Part shown: piece after piece, positions 53,288 through 63,400 of the stretch | How the letters are laid out: every line of letters begins with the position of its first letter | Numbering within the stretch: position 1 is the stretch's first letter | DNA from: a virus | Length of the DNA: 64,000 nt | Reading direction: 5' to 3' (one strand) | Virus record (IMG/VR): IMGVR_UViG_3300049187_000041 | Translations under genes and position numbers: made by a program | The notes under the pieces: generated by a model | The model's input: the letters and a program-made list of their open reading frames with translations, nothing else | Told to the model about the DNA's origin: nothing | The model's database searches: none

Positions 53288-54820
53288 ATGGACGGTCGGA
53301 TCGTCAGCGGCGTGCGCCACATCGTGAACGCGAGCGGGCAACTGATCGGGTATCGCAACCCGGTGACGGACCAAGACGAATCCTTGGTGTCAGGGGGTGG
53401 GAACGGCAGCACCTTCGTTGGCATGGGCCATAGCCGCATCGCCCAGGCATTCAACGGCGGCAGCTTCCCGTCGCTGAGCTTCGGGTATCCGACCATCATC
53501 ACGCAGATGCTGGGCCAGCGGATCACCTGGCTGGCCTCCTATGCGGTGGTTGGAAATACCGTCGCTCAGGTCATCTCCACCCAGCTCCCACAGCTTCAGG
53601 CGCTCTCGACGAAGCCGGACTATGTGCTGATGGAGATCGGCTACAACGATTTCAGCGTCGGCGCGACGGCGGCGGCAGTGCAAGCTCAGTACGCCCAGCT
53701 GCTGACGGCAATCAACGGGCTCGGCATCAAGGTCGTTGCTGTCACCGACTCCCCGGGCACGACCCTGACGGCCTCTCAGCAGCTCCAGCAGCAGACGTTC
53801 AATGCCTGGCTGGTGGGTCAGGGTCGCGCAAACAAGAGCCTGATCGTCGTGGATGGCTACAGCTGCGTCGTCGGCACGGCCGCAGACGGTTCGGCCGGCG
53901 CCATGCACTCGACCATGAGGCAGTCGGACGGCATCCACCATGCGCCGTCCGGCGCGATGGCTATTGCGCGCGAGCTGTTCACGGTGCTGGACCCGATCAT
54001 CCCCAAGCGCAGCATCTTTGGAGCCGGCGCCAGCGCGGCGGCGCAGCTGGTCTACAACCCCAACGCCGACGGCGACAACGCCAGCGGCGCCAACGGCTGG
54101 ACGGCCGGCGCGGGTGTTACCGGGAATGGCCCCAGCTACTGGAACGCGGTCTGCGCGAATGCGACGGCGACCACATCTTCTGTCGCTCGCTCGGCAAGCT
54201 CCTACGCCCCACAGAACAAGACTGGCGCGCTTCTCAATGTGGCGGCCAGCATCACGGCAAACGACGGCACCGTTACCGTCGTGCCGGCGACCACCACGAA
54301 CATCAGGTTTATCCCGTTCGCCAACGGCGCGACGGTGCAGCTGGGCTACCGCGTCATGCCGACCGTGGACAACGGCGCCGGCTATGTGGTGACAACGGCC
54401 GGCACGCTCGGCGCAGCGGACGACTCGGCCACCTGGTCAACTACGCCGGGGGCCGTCGTGCAATCTGGCGCTGGCACCGCCCGCCTGACGGTCGTGGAGA
54501 AGATCGTCCCCGGTGACACGGTGGTATTTGTCGCAGAGGTTTTCGGCGCAGTCACAGGCGGCTCGGGCGGCGTCTACGCCCAGCTGGCCGCCTTCACCTC
54601 GGCGTTCGGCAACCTCGGCTCGACCTACGGTGGGCGCCTCAACATCGGCACCTACGGCCCGAACGCCGGCTATATGCCGCCGTCGATGGTGCTGCAAACG
54701 GCCCCGTTCACGCTGCCGACCAACACCGGGATCGTGCAGCCGCAGGTCGTCATCAGCGGGACCAACGGAGCGGCGATCACGGCACAGATCGGCGCTTGCA
54801 TGCTGCGCAAGGTCAGCTGA
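53288..54820 (+). CDS. Head-fibre-like protein: short anchor + SGNH/GDSL hydrolase + beta-sandwich domains
   Basis: Blocks GHSR, AVVGNT, EIGYND, DGIHH. Confidence 0.75.
   Translation: MDGRIVSGVRHIVNASGQLIGYRNPVTDQDESLVSGGGNGSTFVGMGHSRIAQAFNGGSFPSLSFGYPTIITQMLGQRITWLASYAVVGNTVAQVISTQLPQLQALSTKPDYVLMEIGYNDFSVGATAAAVQAQYAQLLTAINGLGIKVVAVTDSPGTTLTASQQLQQQTFNAWLVGQGRANKSLIVVDGYSCVVGTAADGSAGAMHSTMRQSDGIHHAPSGAMAIARELFTVLDPIIPKRSIFGAGASAAAQLVYNPNADGDNASGANGWTAGAGVTGNGPSYWNAVCANATATTSSVARSASSYAPQNKTGALLNVAASITANDGTVTVVPATTTNIRFIPFANGATVQLGYRVMPTVDNGAGYVVTTAGTLGAADDSATWSTTPGAVVQSGAGTARLTVVEKIVPGDTVVFVAEVFGAVTGGSGGVYAQLAAFTSAFGNLGSTYGGRLNIGTYGPNAGYMPPSMVLQTAPFTLPTNTGIVQPQVVISGTNGAAITAQIGACMLRKVS
53382..53403 (+). 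other. Left cassette-junction motif (LVSG), phage 2
   Basis: CTTGGTGTCAGGGG (53383-53396) identical to 11261-11274. Confidence 0.6.
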
Positions 54821-54838
54821 TTCCAAGCCCCTGCCGGT
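54821..54838 (+). other. Right cassette-junction motif, phage 2
   Basis: TTCCAAGCCCCTGCCGGT immediately after the stop codon. Confidence 0.6.
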
Positions 54839-54860
54839 GCACATCGAGTAAGCCCACCCC

Positions 54861-55451
54861 ATGGCCTCCAAGACCGACATCTGCAACCTGGCCCTGAGCC
54901 ACTTCGGCCAGGCCGCGGACATCAGTTCGATCGACCCGCCCGACGGCAGCGCGGAGGCCGAGCACTGCGCGCGGTTCTACCCGATCGCCCTGGCCGAACT
55001 GCTGGAAGCGCACCCGTGGACGTTCGCCACGAAGCGCGCCACGCTGGCCGAGCTGACCAACGACCGCGAGGACTTCACCTACAAGTACCAGGTGCCGGCC
55101 GACTGTGCCAAGCCGCGCCGCCTGCTGCCCGACGGCTACACCAGCGACGAGGACGACGGCGCCGAATACCAGCGCGAGGGCAGCTACATCTACACCGACG
55201 AGGTGAACGCCACGCTGGTCTACACCTACCGGCTGAACGACACGACGAAGTTCTCGGGCCTGTTCGTGACGGCCCTGTCGTTGCGACTCGCGTCCTACAT
55301 CGTCGGTCCGATCATCAAAGACCCGAGCGGCGTGGTGCAGGACCGGCTCTACCAGCGCAGCGAGCGCAAGCTGGCCGAGGCTCGCGTCAGCGACGCCAAC
55401 AGCGAGCGCAGCCGCGCGACGCACACCTCGACCGCAGCAAGGGCCCGCTGA
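54861..55451 (+). CDS. Tail tubular protein A
   Basis: S.TDICNLAL.H.G; HPWTFATKR..L; F..ALS.RLA. Confidence 0.88.
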   Translation: MASKTDICNLALSHFGQAADISSIDPPDGSAEAEHCARFYPIALAELLEAHPWTFATKRATLAELTNDREDFTYKYQVPADCAKPRRLLPDGYTSDEDDGAEYQREGSYIYTDEVNATLVYTYRLNDTTKFSGLFVTALSLRLASYIVGPIIKDPSGVVQDRLYQRSERKLAEARVSDANSERSRATHTSTAARAR

Positions 55452-57757
55452 TGGCCGGCATGCACAAGCCCCTGATGCGGTCATTCGCCGGGGGCGAGAT
55501 CACCCCGGAGCTCTACGCCCGGCTCGACCTCGACAAGATGCAGACGGGCCTGGCCCGCGCGCTGAACTTCCTGGTGCTGCCGCACGGGCCGGCGGCCAAC
55601 CGGCCGGGCTTCCAGTTCGTCAACGAGGCGCGGGTCAACACCGGCTGCCGGATGATCCCGTTCGCGTACAACGTCGAGCAGACGATGGCGCTGGAGTTCA
55701 CCGACCAGCGCGTGCGCTTCCACACCAACGGCGCCACGCTGCTGGAGACCGGCCTGGCGATCAGCGCCATCACGCAGGCCAACCCCGGCGTGCTGACCTA
55801 CGTCGGCACCGACCCGAGCAACGGCGACACGATGTACCTGTCGGGCATCGGCGGCATGACCGCGCTGAACGGCCGCTACGTGAAGGTCGCCAACGTCAAC
55901 GCCGGCGCGAACACCTTCCAGTTGACCGACCTGGCCGGCGCCAACATCGACACGTCGGCGATGCCGGCGTTCACCGCCGGCGGCACCGCGGCGCGCGTCT
56001 ATACCGTCACGACGCCCTACCTGGCCGCGGACCTGTTCGACCTGCACTACACGCAGTCGGCCGACGTGCTGACGATCACGCACCCGAACTACGAGACGCG
56101 CGAGCTGCGCCGCCTGGGCGCGACGAACTGGCAACTGTCGACGGTGACGTTCGCGCCGGCCATCGCCACGCCGGCCGTACCGGCTGGCGCCGTGACGGGC
56201 CCGGGCGGCGGCACGCCGATCAACCACGAGTACGTCGTCACCGCGGTGTCGGCCGACACCTACGAGGAATCGCTCGCGTCGCCCAGCGTGACGCTGAGCC
56301 ATGACCTGACGGTCGTCGGCAACAAGACGCAGATCACGCCAGCCGCGGTCGCCGGCGCGATGCGCTACAACGTCTACAAGCTGGCGAACGGCGGCCTGTT
56401 CGGCTACGTCGGGCAGAGCGACGGCACCGTGTTCGAGGACGACAACATCCTGCCGGATATGTCGCAGACGCCGCCCGAGGCGAGCGCGCCGTTCACCGGC
56501 GCCGGCAACTACCCGTCGACCGTCACCTACATGGAGCAGCGGCGCTGCTTCGGCGCCACCGACAACCGGCCGCAGAACGTCTGGATGACGCGCAGCGCGA
56601 CCGAGAGCAACCTGTCGCAGTCGGTGCCGCTGCGCGACAACGACGCGATCATCTTCCGCATCGCGGCCAGCCAGCAGAACCGCATCCGACACCTGGTGCC
56701 GCTGGGCGACCTGATCGCGCTGACCGCCGGCGGCGAGTTCCGCATCTACGCCGCGGGCAGCGACGTGCTGACGCCGGCCAGTGTGACGCCGAAGCCGCAG
56801 AGCTACGTGGGCGCCAACAACGTGCAGCCCTGCGTGGCCGAGACCAGCGTGCTCTACGTGCAGGCCCAGGGCGGGCACGTGCGCGAGTTCGCCTTCGCTG
56901 GCGAAGGCATCAACGGTGCGCTGTACCGGACCAACGACATCAGCATCCTGGCGCCGCACCTGTTCGACGGCTACGACATCGACGACCTGGCCTACAGCCG
57001 GTCGGCCAAGTGCCCCACGCTGTGGGCGGTGCGCAGCGACGGCCGCCTGCTGGGCTTGACCTACGTGCCGGGCCAGAACGTGCGGGCCTGGCACCAGCAC
57101 GACACCGACGGCACGTTCGAGTCGGTGTGCTGCGTCGCCGAGGGCGGCGAGGACGTGCTCTACGCCGCGGTGAACCGCACGATCAACGGCCGTGCCGTGA
57201 CCTACGTCGAGCGGCTGCACACGCGCCAGTTCAGCACCCTGGCCGACGCGTTCTTTGTCGATTCCGGTCTGACCTACAGCGGCGCGCCGACGGCCACGGT
57301 CAGCGGCTTGTGGCACCTGGTCGGCAAGACCGTGAGCATCCTGTCCGACGGCGCCGTGCTGCCGCAGCAGGTGGTGCCGGCCAGCGCGACACTCACGCTG
57401 CCGGTCGCGGCCAGCAAGGTGCACGTCGGCCTGCCGATCACCGCGAACCTGCGCACACTGCCGCTGTCGTGGCAGGCCGACGGCTTCGGCCAGGGCACGA
57501 TCAAGAACATCAGCAAGGTGCATGTGCGCCTCGCCAATTCCAGCGGCGTGCACGTCGGCCCGACCGACGGGCGGCTCGTTGAGATCAAGCAGCGCACGAC
57601 CGAGCCCTACGGCTCGCCGCCCGCGATGGTCAACGGCTGGAAGCACACCAACGTCATGCCGCAGTGGGACGACGACGGCGGCGTCGAGATCGAGCAGACG
57701 GACCCGCTGCCGGTCATGCTGGTGGCGCTGATGCTCGACGTGGTGTCAGGCGGCTGA
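55451..57757 (+). CDS. Tail tubular protein B
   Basis: RSFAGGEITP start; YPSTV.Y.EQR; AWHQHDT. Confidence 0.9.
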   Translation: MAGMHKPLMRSFAGGEITPELYARLDLDKMQTGLARALNFLVLPHGPAANRPGFQFVNEARVNTGCRMIPFAYNVEQTMALEFTDQRVRFHTNGATLLETGLAISAITQANPGVLTYVGTDPSNGDTMYLSGIGGMTALNGRYVKVANVNAGANTFQLTDLAGANIDTSAMPAFTAGGTAARVYTVTTPYLAADLFDLHYTQSADVLTITHPNYETRELRRLGATNWQLSTVTFAPAIATPAVPAGAVTGPGGGTPINHEYVVTAVSADTYEESLASPSVTLSHDLTVVGNKTQITPAAVAGAMRYNVYKLANGGLFGYVGQSDGTVFEDDNILPDMSQTPPEASAPFTGAGNYPSTVTYMEQRRCFGATDNRPQNVWMTRSATESNLSQSVPLRDNDAIIFRIAASQQNRIRHLVPLGDLIALTAGGEFRIYAAGSDVLTPASVTPKPQSYVGANNVQPCVAETSVLYVQAQGGHVREFAFAGEGINGALYRTNDISILAPHLFDGYDIDDLAYSRSAKCPTLWAVRSDGRLLGLTYVPGQNVRAWHQHDTDGTFESVCCVAEGGEDVLYAAVNRTINGRAVTYVERLHTRQFSTLADAFFVDSGLTYSGAPTATVSGLWHLVGKTVSILSDGAVLPQQVVPASATLTLPVAASKVHVGLPITANLRTLPLSWQADGFGQGTIKNISKVHVRLANSSGVHVGPTDGRLVEIKQRTTEPYGSPPAMVNGWKHTNVMPQWDDDGGVEIEQTDPLPVMLVALMLDVVSGG

Positions 57758-57758
57758 T

Positions 57759-58229
57759 GTGAAGGTCGAGATTCGCGAGCTGCGCGACGGTGACGCTGAA
57801 GCGCTGCTCGCGAACCTGCGGCCGGCCGACCGCGACGAGATCGAGGCCCTGCTCGGGCCCGGCGCCGAAGCGCGGACCCTGGCCGAGAGCATCGAGCGTT
57901 CGGTGCTGCTGTGGGTTGCGGTCGCCGGCGACGAGATCGCGGCGATCTTCGGCGTCGTGCCGATCAACATGCTCGGCGGCCAGGGCGCCCCGTGGCTGCT
58001 CGGCACGCCGCTCATCGACCGCCACGGGGGTGCATTTATCAAGCTGAACCGCATCTACATTGCGCGGATGCTGGCCCTGTTTCCGACGCTGCTGAACATC
58101 GTGGACGCGCGCAACGTGAAGTCGATCGCGTGGCTGAAGCACATGGGCTTCAAGGTGTACCCGCCGCAGACGCTGGGCAAGGCCGGCCTGCCGTTCCACC
58201 CGTTCGTGATGGGGCCGCTGCATGTGTGA
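57759..58229 (+). CDS. GNAT-fold virion-assembly protein (T7 gp13-like)
   Basis: NLRPAD..E; PWLLGT; L.N.VD.RN..SI.WL..MGF. Confidence 0.8.
   Translation: MKVEIRELRDGDAEALLANLRPADRDEIEALLGPGAEARTLAESIERSVLLWVAVAGDEIAAIFGVVPINMLGGQGAPWLLGTPLIDRHGGAFIKLNRIYIARMLALFPTLLNIVDARNVKSIAWLKHMGFKVYPPQTLGKAGLPFHPFVMGPLHV
58030..58061 (+). promoter_or_regulatory. Phage 2 late-promoter motif, intragenic copy
   Basis: GTGCATTTATC-N15-TACATT; AT-rich patch inside GC-rich gene. Confidence 0.55.
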
Positions 58230-58791
58230 GCCGACCAGCATCGCCATGGTCATCGGCGTGGTGCTGGCTGGCGTCGGCGCCTACCAGGCGTCCGAGACGC
58301 GCAAGGACCAGGCCAAGTACCAATCGCAGGTCGCGGAGAACAACCGGCAGGTCGCCGAGTGGCAGGCCGCCGACGCGAAAGAGCGCGGTGATGTGGCCGC
58401 GGCCGGCGTGCGGCGCAAGTACGCCGCGCTGCAGGGCACGCAGACGGCATCGCTCGCCGCGCGCGGCTTGGACATCAGCGAGGGCTCGGCGAACGCCATC
58501 CTCACCGACACCGACTTCTTCGGCGATTACGACCAGCGGGTCACCAAGGCCAACGCGGCGCGCGAGGCATGGGGCTACAAGGTGCGAGCGTCGAATTTCG
58601 CCGGTGACGCCGCAGCCTACGGCGCGATGTCAGCGGCCGAGAACCCGCTGCTTTCCGGTGCGATGGCCGGCGCCAGTGCGTACTTCAGCATGGGTGGCGG
58701 CATGGGTCGCGGCGGCAGCGCACCGGCCGCCAACAGTGGCAGCCTGCTCGACAGCACCGCCACGCAAGTCGCCAGCAGGTGGTACGGCTGA
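58222..58791 (+). CDS. Small internal virion protein (gp14-like)
   Basis: MCEP start; G.Q...LAA.G.D...GSA. Confidence 0.8.
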   Translation: MCEPTSIAMVIGVVLAGVGAYQASETRKDQAKYQSQVAENNRQVAEWQAADAKERGDVAAAGVRRKYAALQGTQTASLAARGLDISEGSANAILTDTDFFGDYDQRVTKANAAREAWGYKVRASNFAGDAAAYGAMSAAENPLLSGAMAGASAYFSMGGGMGRGGSAPAANSGSLLDSTATQVASRWYG

Positions 58792-60431
58792 TGCGCGTCC
58801 CGACCGTCGACGGGCCCAGCGTCGCGCTGAACCCCGCACCGAACGCCTACCAGACCACGCCGCAGGCGCTGGGCGGCGCTGGCATGGTGCGGGCGAAGCA
58901 GTTCGACCAAGCTGCGCAGGTCAGCGCCCAGGTCGTCGAGATGCAGCAGAGGCAGCAGAACCGCGACGACATCGACGCGGTGTTCCGTGCCGAGACTGCG
59001 CTCAAGGACGACTACCTCAAGTTCGAGCGCGAGGAACTGGGCAAGCAGGGCGTCAACGCCAAGGGCGCCGCCGAGCGCGCGGCGCAGTGGTGGGGCGAGG
59101 CGACGAAGTACGGCGAGGGCCTGACCGAACGGCAAGCCCATGCGTTCCGTCGCAGCGCGACGCAGTTGCGGCTGTCGAGTTCGAGCACGCTGGGCCGCCA
59201 CGAGCAGCACCAGGCGAACGAGGCGCTGAAGGAATCCGCGCAGGCCCGCATCGGCACCGCCGTGAACATGGCGATCGCCGACCCTGTGCCCGAGCGCGTG
59301 GCCGCCGCGCGCAAGGAAATCGCCGAGGCTGTCGGCATCGCCGGCAACCTGGCCGGTTACCCGCCCGAGGTGACGCAGGCCAAGATGAGCGAGGCCCTAA
59401 CGCTCATGCACCGCGGCGTCGTGATGCAGATGGTCGACAACGACCCGGACGCGGCCAAGGCGTACTACTACACGAACAAGAAGGAGATCGCCGGCGCGAC
59501 GCGCGCGACGATCGAGAAGGCGCTCGACCACGGCGGGCGCCTGCAGAAGGCGCAGGAAGCTGCTGACCAACTGGTCGCGCAGTTCGGCGACAACATGCCC
59601 GCCGCGATGGCCCACGTCGAGAAGACCTACCAGGGCGAGGACGAGAAGGCGATCAAGGCCGAGGTGCTGCAGCGTTTCACGACGATCAAGCAGACGAAGC
59701 AGGCTATGTCGCAGACGGCCTACGAGACCGCGATGCTGCACACCGTGCAGGGCCAGAAGGTGCCCGCCGCGGTGTGGTCGCAGATGGACGACGGCCACAA
59801 GGCCGCGATCATCGAGAAGCGCGAGGCCGAGGCCAAGCAGCGCCGGCTCGAAGCCGAGGGCAAGGCGGTCAAGACCGACTTCGGCACGTGGGACAAGGTT
59901 AACCGCATGGTGACGGATGACCCCAAGGCCTTCGTCGCGTTCGACCTGGGCCGCTTGGCCGACAAGATCTCGCGCGGCGACCTGCAGCAGTTCGCCGACC
60001 TGCAGCGCAAGCTGCGCACCAGCGACGACAAGCCGCTGAAGGAAGCGGTGAACCTGGCCCAGCAGATCGACGTGGTCGTCGACAGCCTGCGCCTGAACGG
60101 CACGGCCAACGACGAGAAGCGCGCCCAGTTGCGCAAGTCGATCAACGACGCGCTGATCGCCGAACAGCAGGGCCGCAAGAAGGGCGAGGAGCTGACTTAC
60201 GAAGAGCGGCAGAAGGTCATCGACCGCCAGATCATGAAGGTCACGGTCCCCGGCTTCATCTGGGACACGACCAAGCGCGCCTACGAGCTCAAGCCCGGCG
60301 AGGCTGAGAAGGCGAAGATCGTGGTGCCCGACGATGACCGCAAGCTGATCATCCAGGCCCTGAAGGCCAAGGGACGCCCGACCGACGAGCAGGCTATCGT
60401 CGAGCTTTACCGGCGACAGAAAGGCCTGTAG
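58791..60431 (+). CDS. Internal virion (ejection) protein
   Basis: MRVPT start by TGATG overlap; helical, 546 aa. Confidence 0.75.
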   Translation: MRVPTVDGPSVALNPAPNAYQTTPQALGGAGMVRAKQFDQAAQVSAQVVEMQQRQQNRDDIDAVFRAETALKDDYLKFEREELGKQGVNAKGAAERAAQWWGEATKYGEGLTERQAHAFRRSATQLRLSSSSTLGRHEQHQANEALKESAQARIGTAVNMAIADPVPERVAAARKEIAEAVGIAGNLAGYPPEVTQAKMSEALTLMHRGVVMQMVDNDPDAAKAYYYTNKKEIAGATRATIEKALDHGGRLQKAQEAADQLVAQFGDNMPAAMAHVEKTYQGEDEKAIKAEVLQRFTTIKQTKQAMSQTAYETAMLHTVQGQKVPAAVWSQMDDGHKAAIIEKREAEAKQRRLEAEGKAVKTDFGTWDKVNRMVTDDPKAFVAFDLGRLADKISRGDLQQFADLQRKLRTSDDKPLKEAVNLAQQIDVVVDSLRLNGTANDEKRAQLRKSINDALIAEQQGRKKGEELTYEERQKVIDRQIMKVTVPGFIWDTTKRAYELKPGEAEKAKIVVPDDDRKLIIQALKAKGRPTDEQAIVELYRRQKGL

Positions 60432-63400
60432 TGGCGACGAACCCGTACCTGGACACGCTCAACCTCGAAGAGCAGCGGGTCCGCACGACCGACAGCGCCA
60501 CCGGCGCGCCGCCGAAGAACCCCTACCTCGACACGCTCGAAGCCGACGAGGCGCTGAAGCGCGCCCAACAACAGGCCGCGCTGCGCACCGCCGCGGCGGT
60601 GAACCCCGACGAAGCCGCGAAGGCGAGCAAGCTGGCTGCATCGCGCGGCCTGCCGCAGGACGTGGTGCTTCGCAACCTGCAAGACGTGCAGCGGCAGGAC
60701 AGCTTCGAGCGCGCCGACACGCTGCTGCAGGGCTCGCCCGCGCTGGCCGCGAAGATGCGCGACCTGCCGTTCGCCCAGGTGGCGCACGACAACGTCGAGA
60801 ACCTGTCGGCCATCGAGTCGGCGGTGCGCTACCTCGTCAGCCACCCGAGCGCGAAGAACACGCTGATGGGCGACATCGGCGCCGGGGTGCAGCGGGCCAA
60901 CCGCGGCGCGGCCGGCGTGTTCCAGGCAGTCGCCGAGTTCCCGGCGCCGCTGCTCGATTTTCTCGAGGGCAACAAGTTCGGCGGCAATCCGCTGCGGCGC
61001 CTGGCCGAGGGGTTCGCCGCGAAGGGCGCGGCCTCCGAACGCAAGGCGGAGGAACTGTCGCCGCCGCAAGAGGGCAACATCGCCGGCGGCATCTCCAGCG
61101 GCGTGCAGTCGTTCACGCAGAACATGATCGCGTTGCCGCTCGCGCTGTTGCCCGGCGGGCAGGGCGCGGCCCTGACGATGATGGTCGGCGGGCAGGGCGG
61201 CCAGTCCTATCAAGACGCGCGTGAGAAGGGTCTGTCGATGCCGCAGGCGCTGCCCTACGCCGCGTCGCAGGCCGCGATCGAATACGCGACCGAGAAGATC
61301 CCGCTCGCCCGCCTGATCGGCGACGTGAAGGTCGGCACCTCGTTCTTCAAAACGCTGGTGCGTCAGGCCGCGGTTGAGATCCCCGGCGAGCAGGTCGCGA
61401 CCATCTTGCAGGACATGAACGAGTGGGCGGTCCTGCCCGAGAACAAGAGCAAGCCGTTCAGCGACTACCTGGCCGAGCGGCCGAACGCCGCCGCGCAGAC
61501 GCTGATCGCCACGATCGTCGGCACCGGCGGCAACGTCACGCTGACCAAGGCCCTCGCCAAGGTCAGCGGCGCCGAGCAGCAGACGCAGCGGGCAGAGCAG
61601 GACGCGAAGAGCCTGGGCAACCTGCTCAAGCTGTCCGAGAAGGACAAGCTGCGCGAGCGCGACCCCACGGCGTTCGCGTCCATGGTGCAGGCCGCGGCCG
61701 AGCAGCACGGGGTGCCGGGCGCGGTCTACATCGACGCCGGCAAGCTGGTCGAAACGCTCGCGCAGTCGGGCATGAAGCCCGAGCAGATCGAGGCCGCGCT
61801 GCCCAGCACGAAGGCGCAGCTCGCCGAGGCAGTGGCCGCCGGTGGCGACGCCATCGTGCCGATCGGCGAGTTCACTGCGCTCGTCGCGGGCAGCGGGCTC
61901 GAAGCCCAACTCGTGAAGCACGCCCGCCTGTCGCCTGACGCCCTGAGCCAGGAAGACGCGAAGACGCTGGCGAAGATCGACCTGAAGGTCGAGACCGAAA
62001 AGGTCATGGCGCAGCAGGAAGCGGTCGTCGAAAGCAAGGCCGTGCGCGATCAGGTCTTCGAGCACTTGTCGCTCGCCGGCCGCTTCTCGCCCAGCGTGAA
62101 CGAGGCCTACGCTGACGCAGTGGCCGCGCTCTACGAGACACAGGCCGCGCGCCTCGGCATCAGCGTCGCCGAGTTCGCGAAGCGCTACCCGCTGAACGTG
62201 ACCGGCGTGGCCGGCACGCAGCAGAAGCTCGACCAGGGCGAGCGCGTCTACGCCGGCACGTTCAAGGACAAGCAGGGCCGCGACTTCGGCGTCGAGATCA
62301 CCCGCGAAATGCTGGGCCAGAACAAGGACACGCCGAGCGTGAACGTGTCGGCCATGTTCGAGGGCGGGCGGCGCGGCCGCATCGACTTCGGCGTGCTGCC
62401 TGATGGCACGCTCGCCGCCGAGAACACCATGGTCGCGGGCATCTTCCGCGGCGCCGGCATCGCCGAAGGCATGTACCGTGCAGCGCGCGAGGCGGGCTTC
62501 GACATCGCGCCCGGCCGCAAGCAAACCGAGCAGGGCGACAAGATGGTCGCGTCGCTGCTCGCGAAGGGCGTGATCAACAAGCCGCGGGCGGGTGTGCTCA
62601 ATCAAGACCGGCGGATCGACGAGGTCCGCGCAACGATCGAAGCCGCCGGCGTCGACGTGACGGTGAACGAGAAAGACGGCGTGATCACGCTGTCGCGCAT
62701 CGTCGTGCCGAAGGGGGAGCGTGCTGCGGGCAAGGGTACCGCCGCGATGCAGGCCCTGACCGACTACGCAGACCGCACGAATCAGCGCATCGCGCTGTCG
62801 CCGTCGTCTGATTTCGGTGGCAGCAAGAGCCGACTGGTCGACTTCTACAAGCGTTTCGGGTTCGTGCCGAACAAGGGGCGCAGCAAAGACTTCACGATCA
62901 GCGAGACGATGGTTCGCGAGCCGAAGCCGTTCGCGCAAGACGCCGACCCGAAAGGGACGTTCACCCCGAGCACCAGCACGATCGCGCTGCTCGCGAAGGC
63001 AGACCTGTCGACCTTCCACCACGAGCTCGGGCACTTCTACCTCGAAGCGCTGGCCGACATGGCCGCGCAGCCCGACGCGCCGGCCAGCGTGGTCGAGGAC
63101 ATGAACAAGGTGCTCGAGTGGTTCGGGATCAAGGGTGGCGAGACTGTCGCGGCTGAAGGGTCGAAGACCGGCGAGCTGAACCAACTGCTGCCCGATTTGC
63201 CAGCGATGCAGCGCAAGATCGACCAGCAGCGTCGTCTGCTGGATGCGCGACCCGATGGGCACCCGCTTCGCGCTACGGGCGAGCGAGCCCTCGCGCGTCT
63301 GGAATCGGAGTACCAGAGTGCACAGCGCGCCGCAGCGCCGGTGCTCAAGAAACTTGAAGGCACCAAGATCGTCGAGGCTGACGGCCGCCCGAAGGTCGTG

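Noticed and set aside
54837-54870. Fifth copy of the phage 2 late promoter (GTGCACATCGA)
   Set aside because: Box is degenerate and no -10-like hexamer lies at the 15-nt spacing; overlaps the right cassette motif
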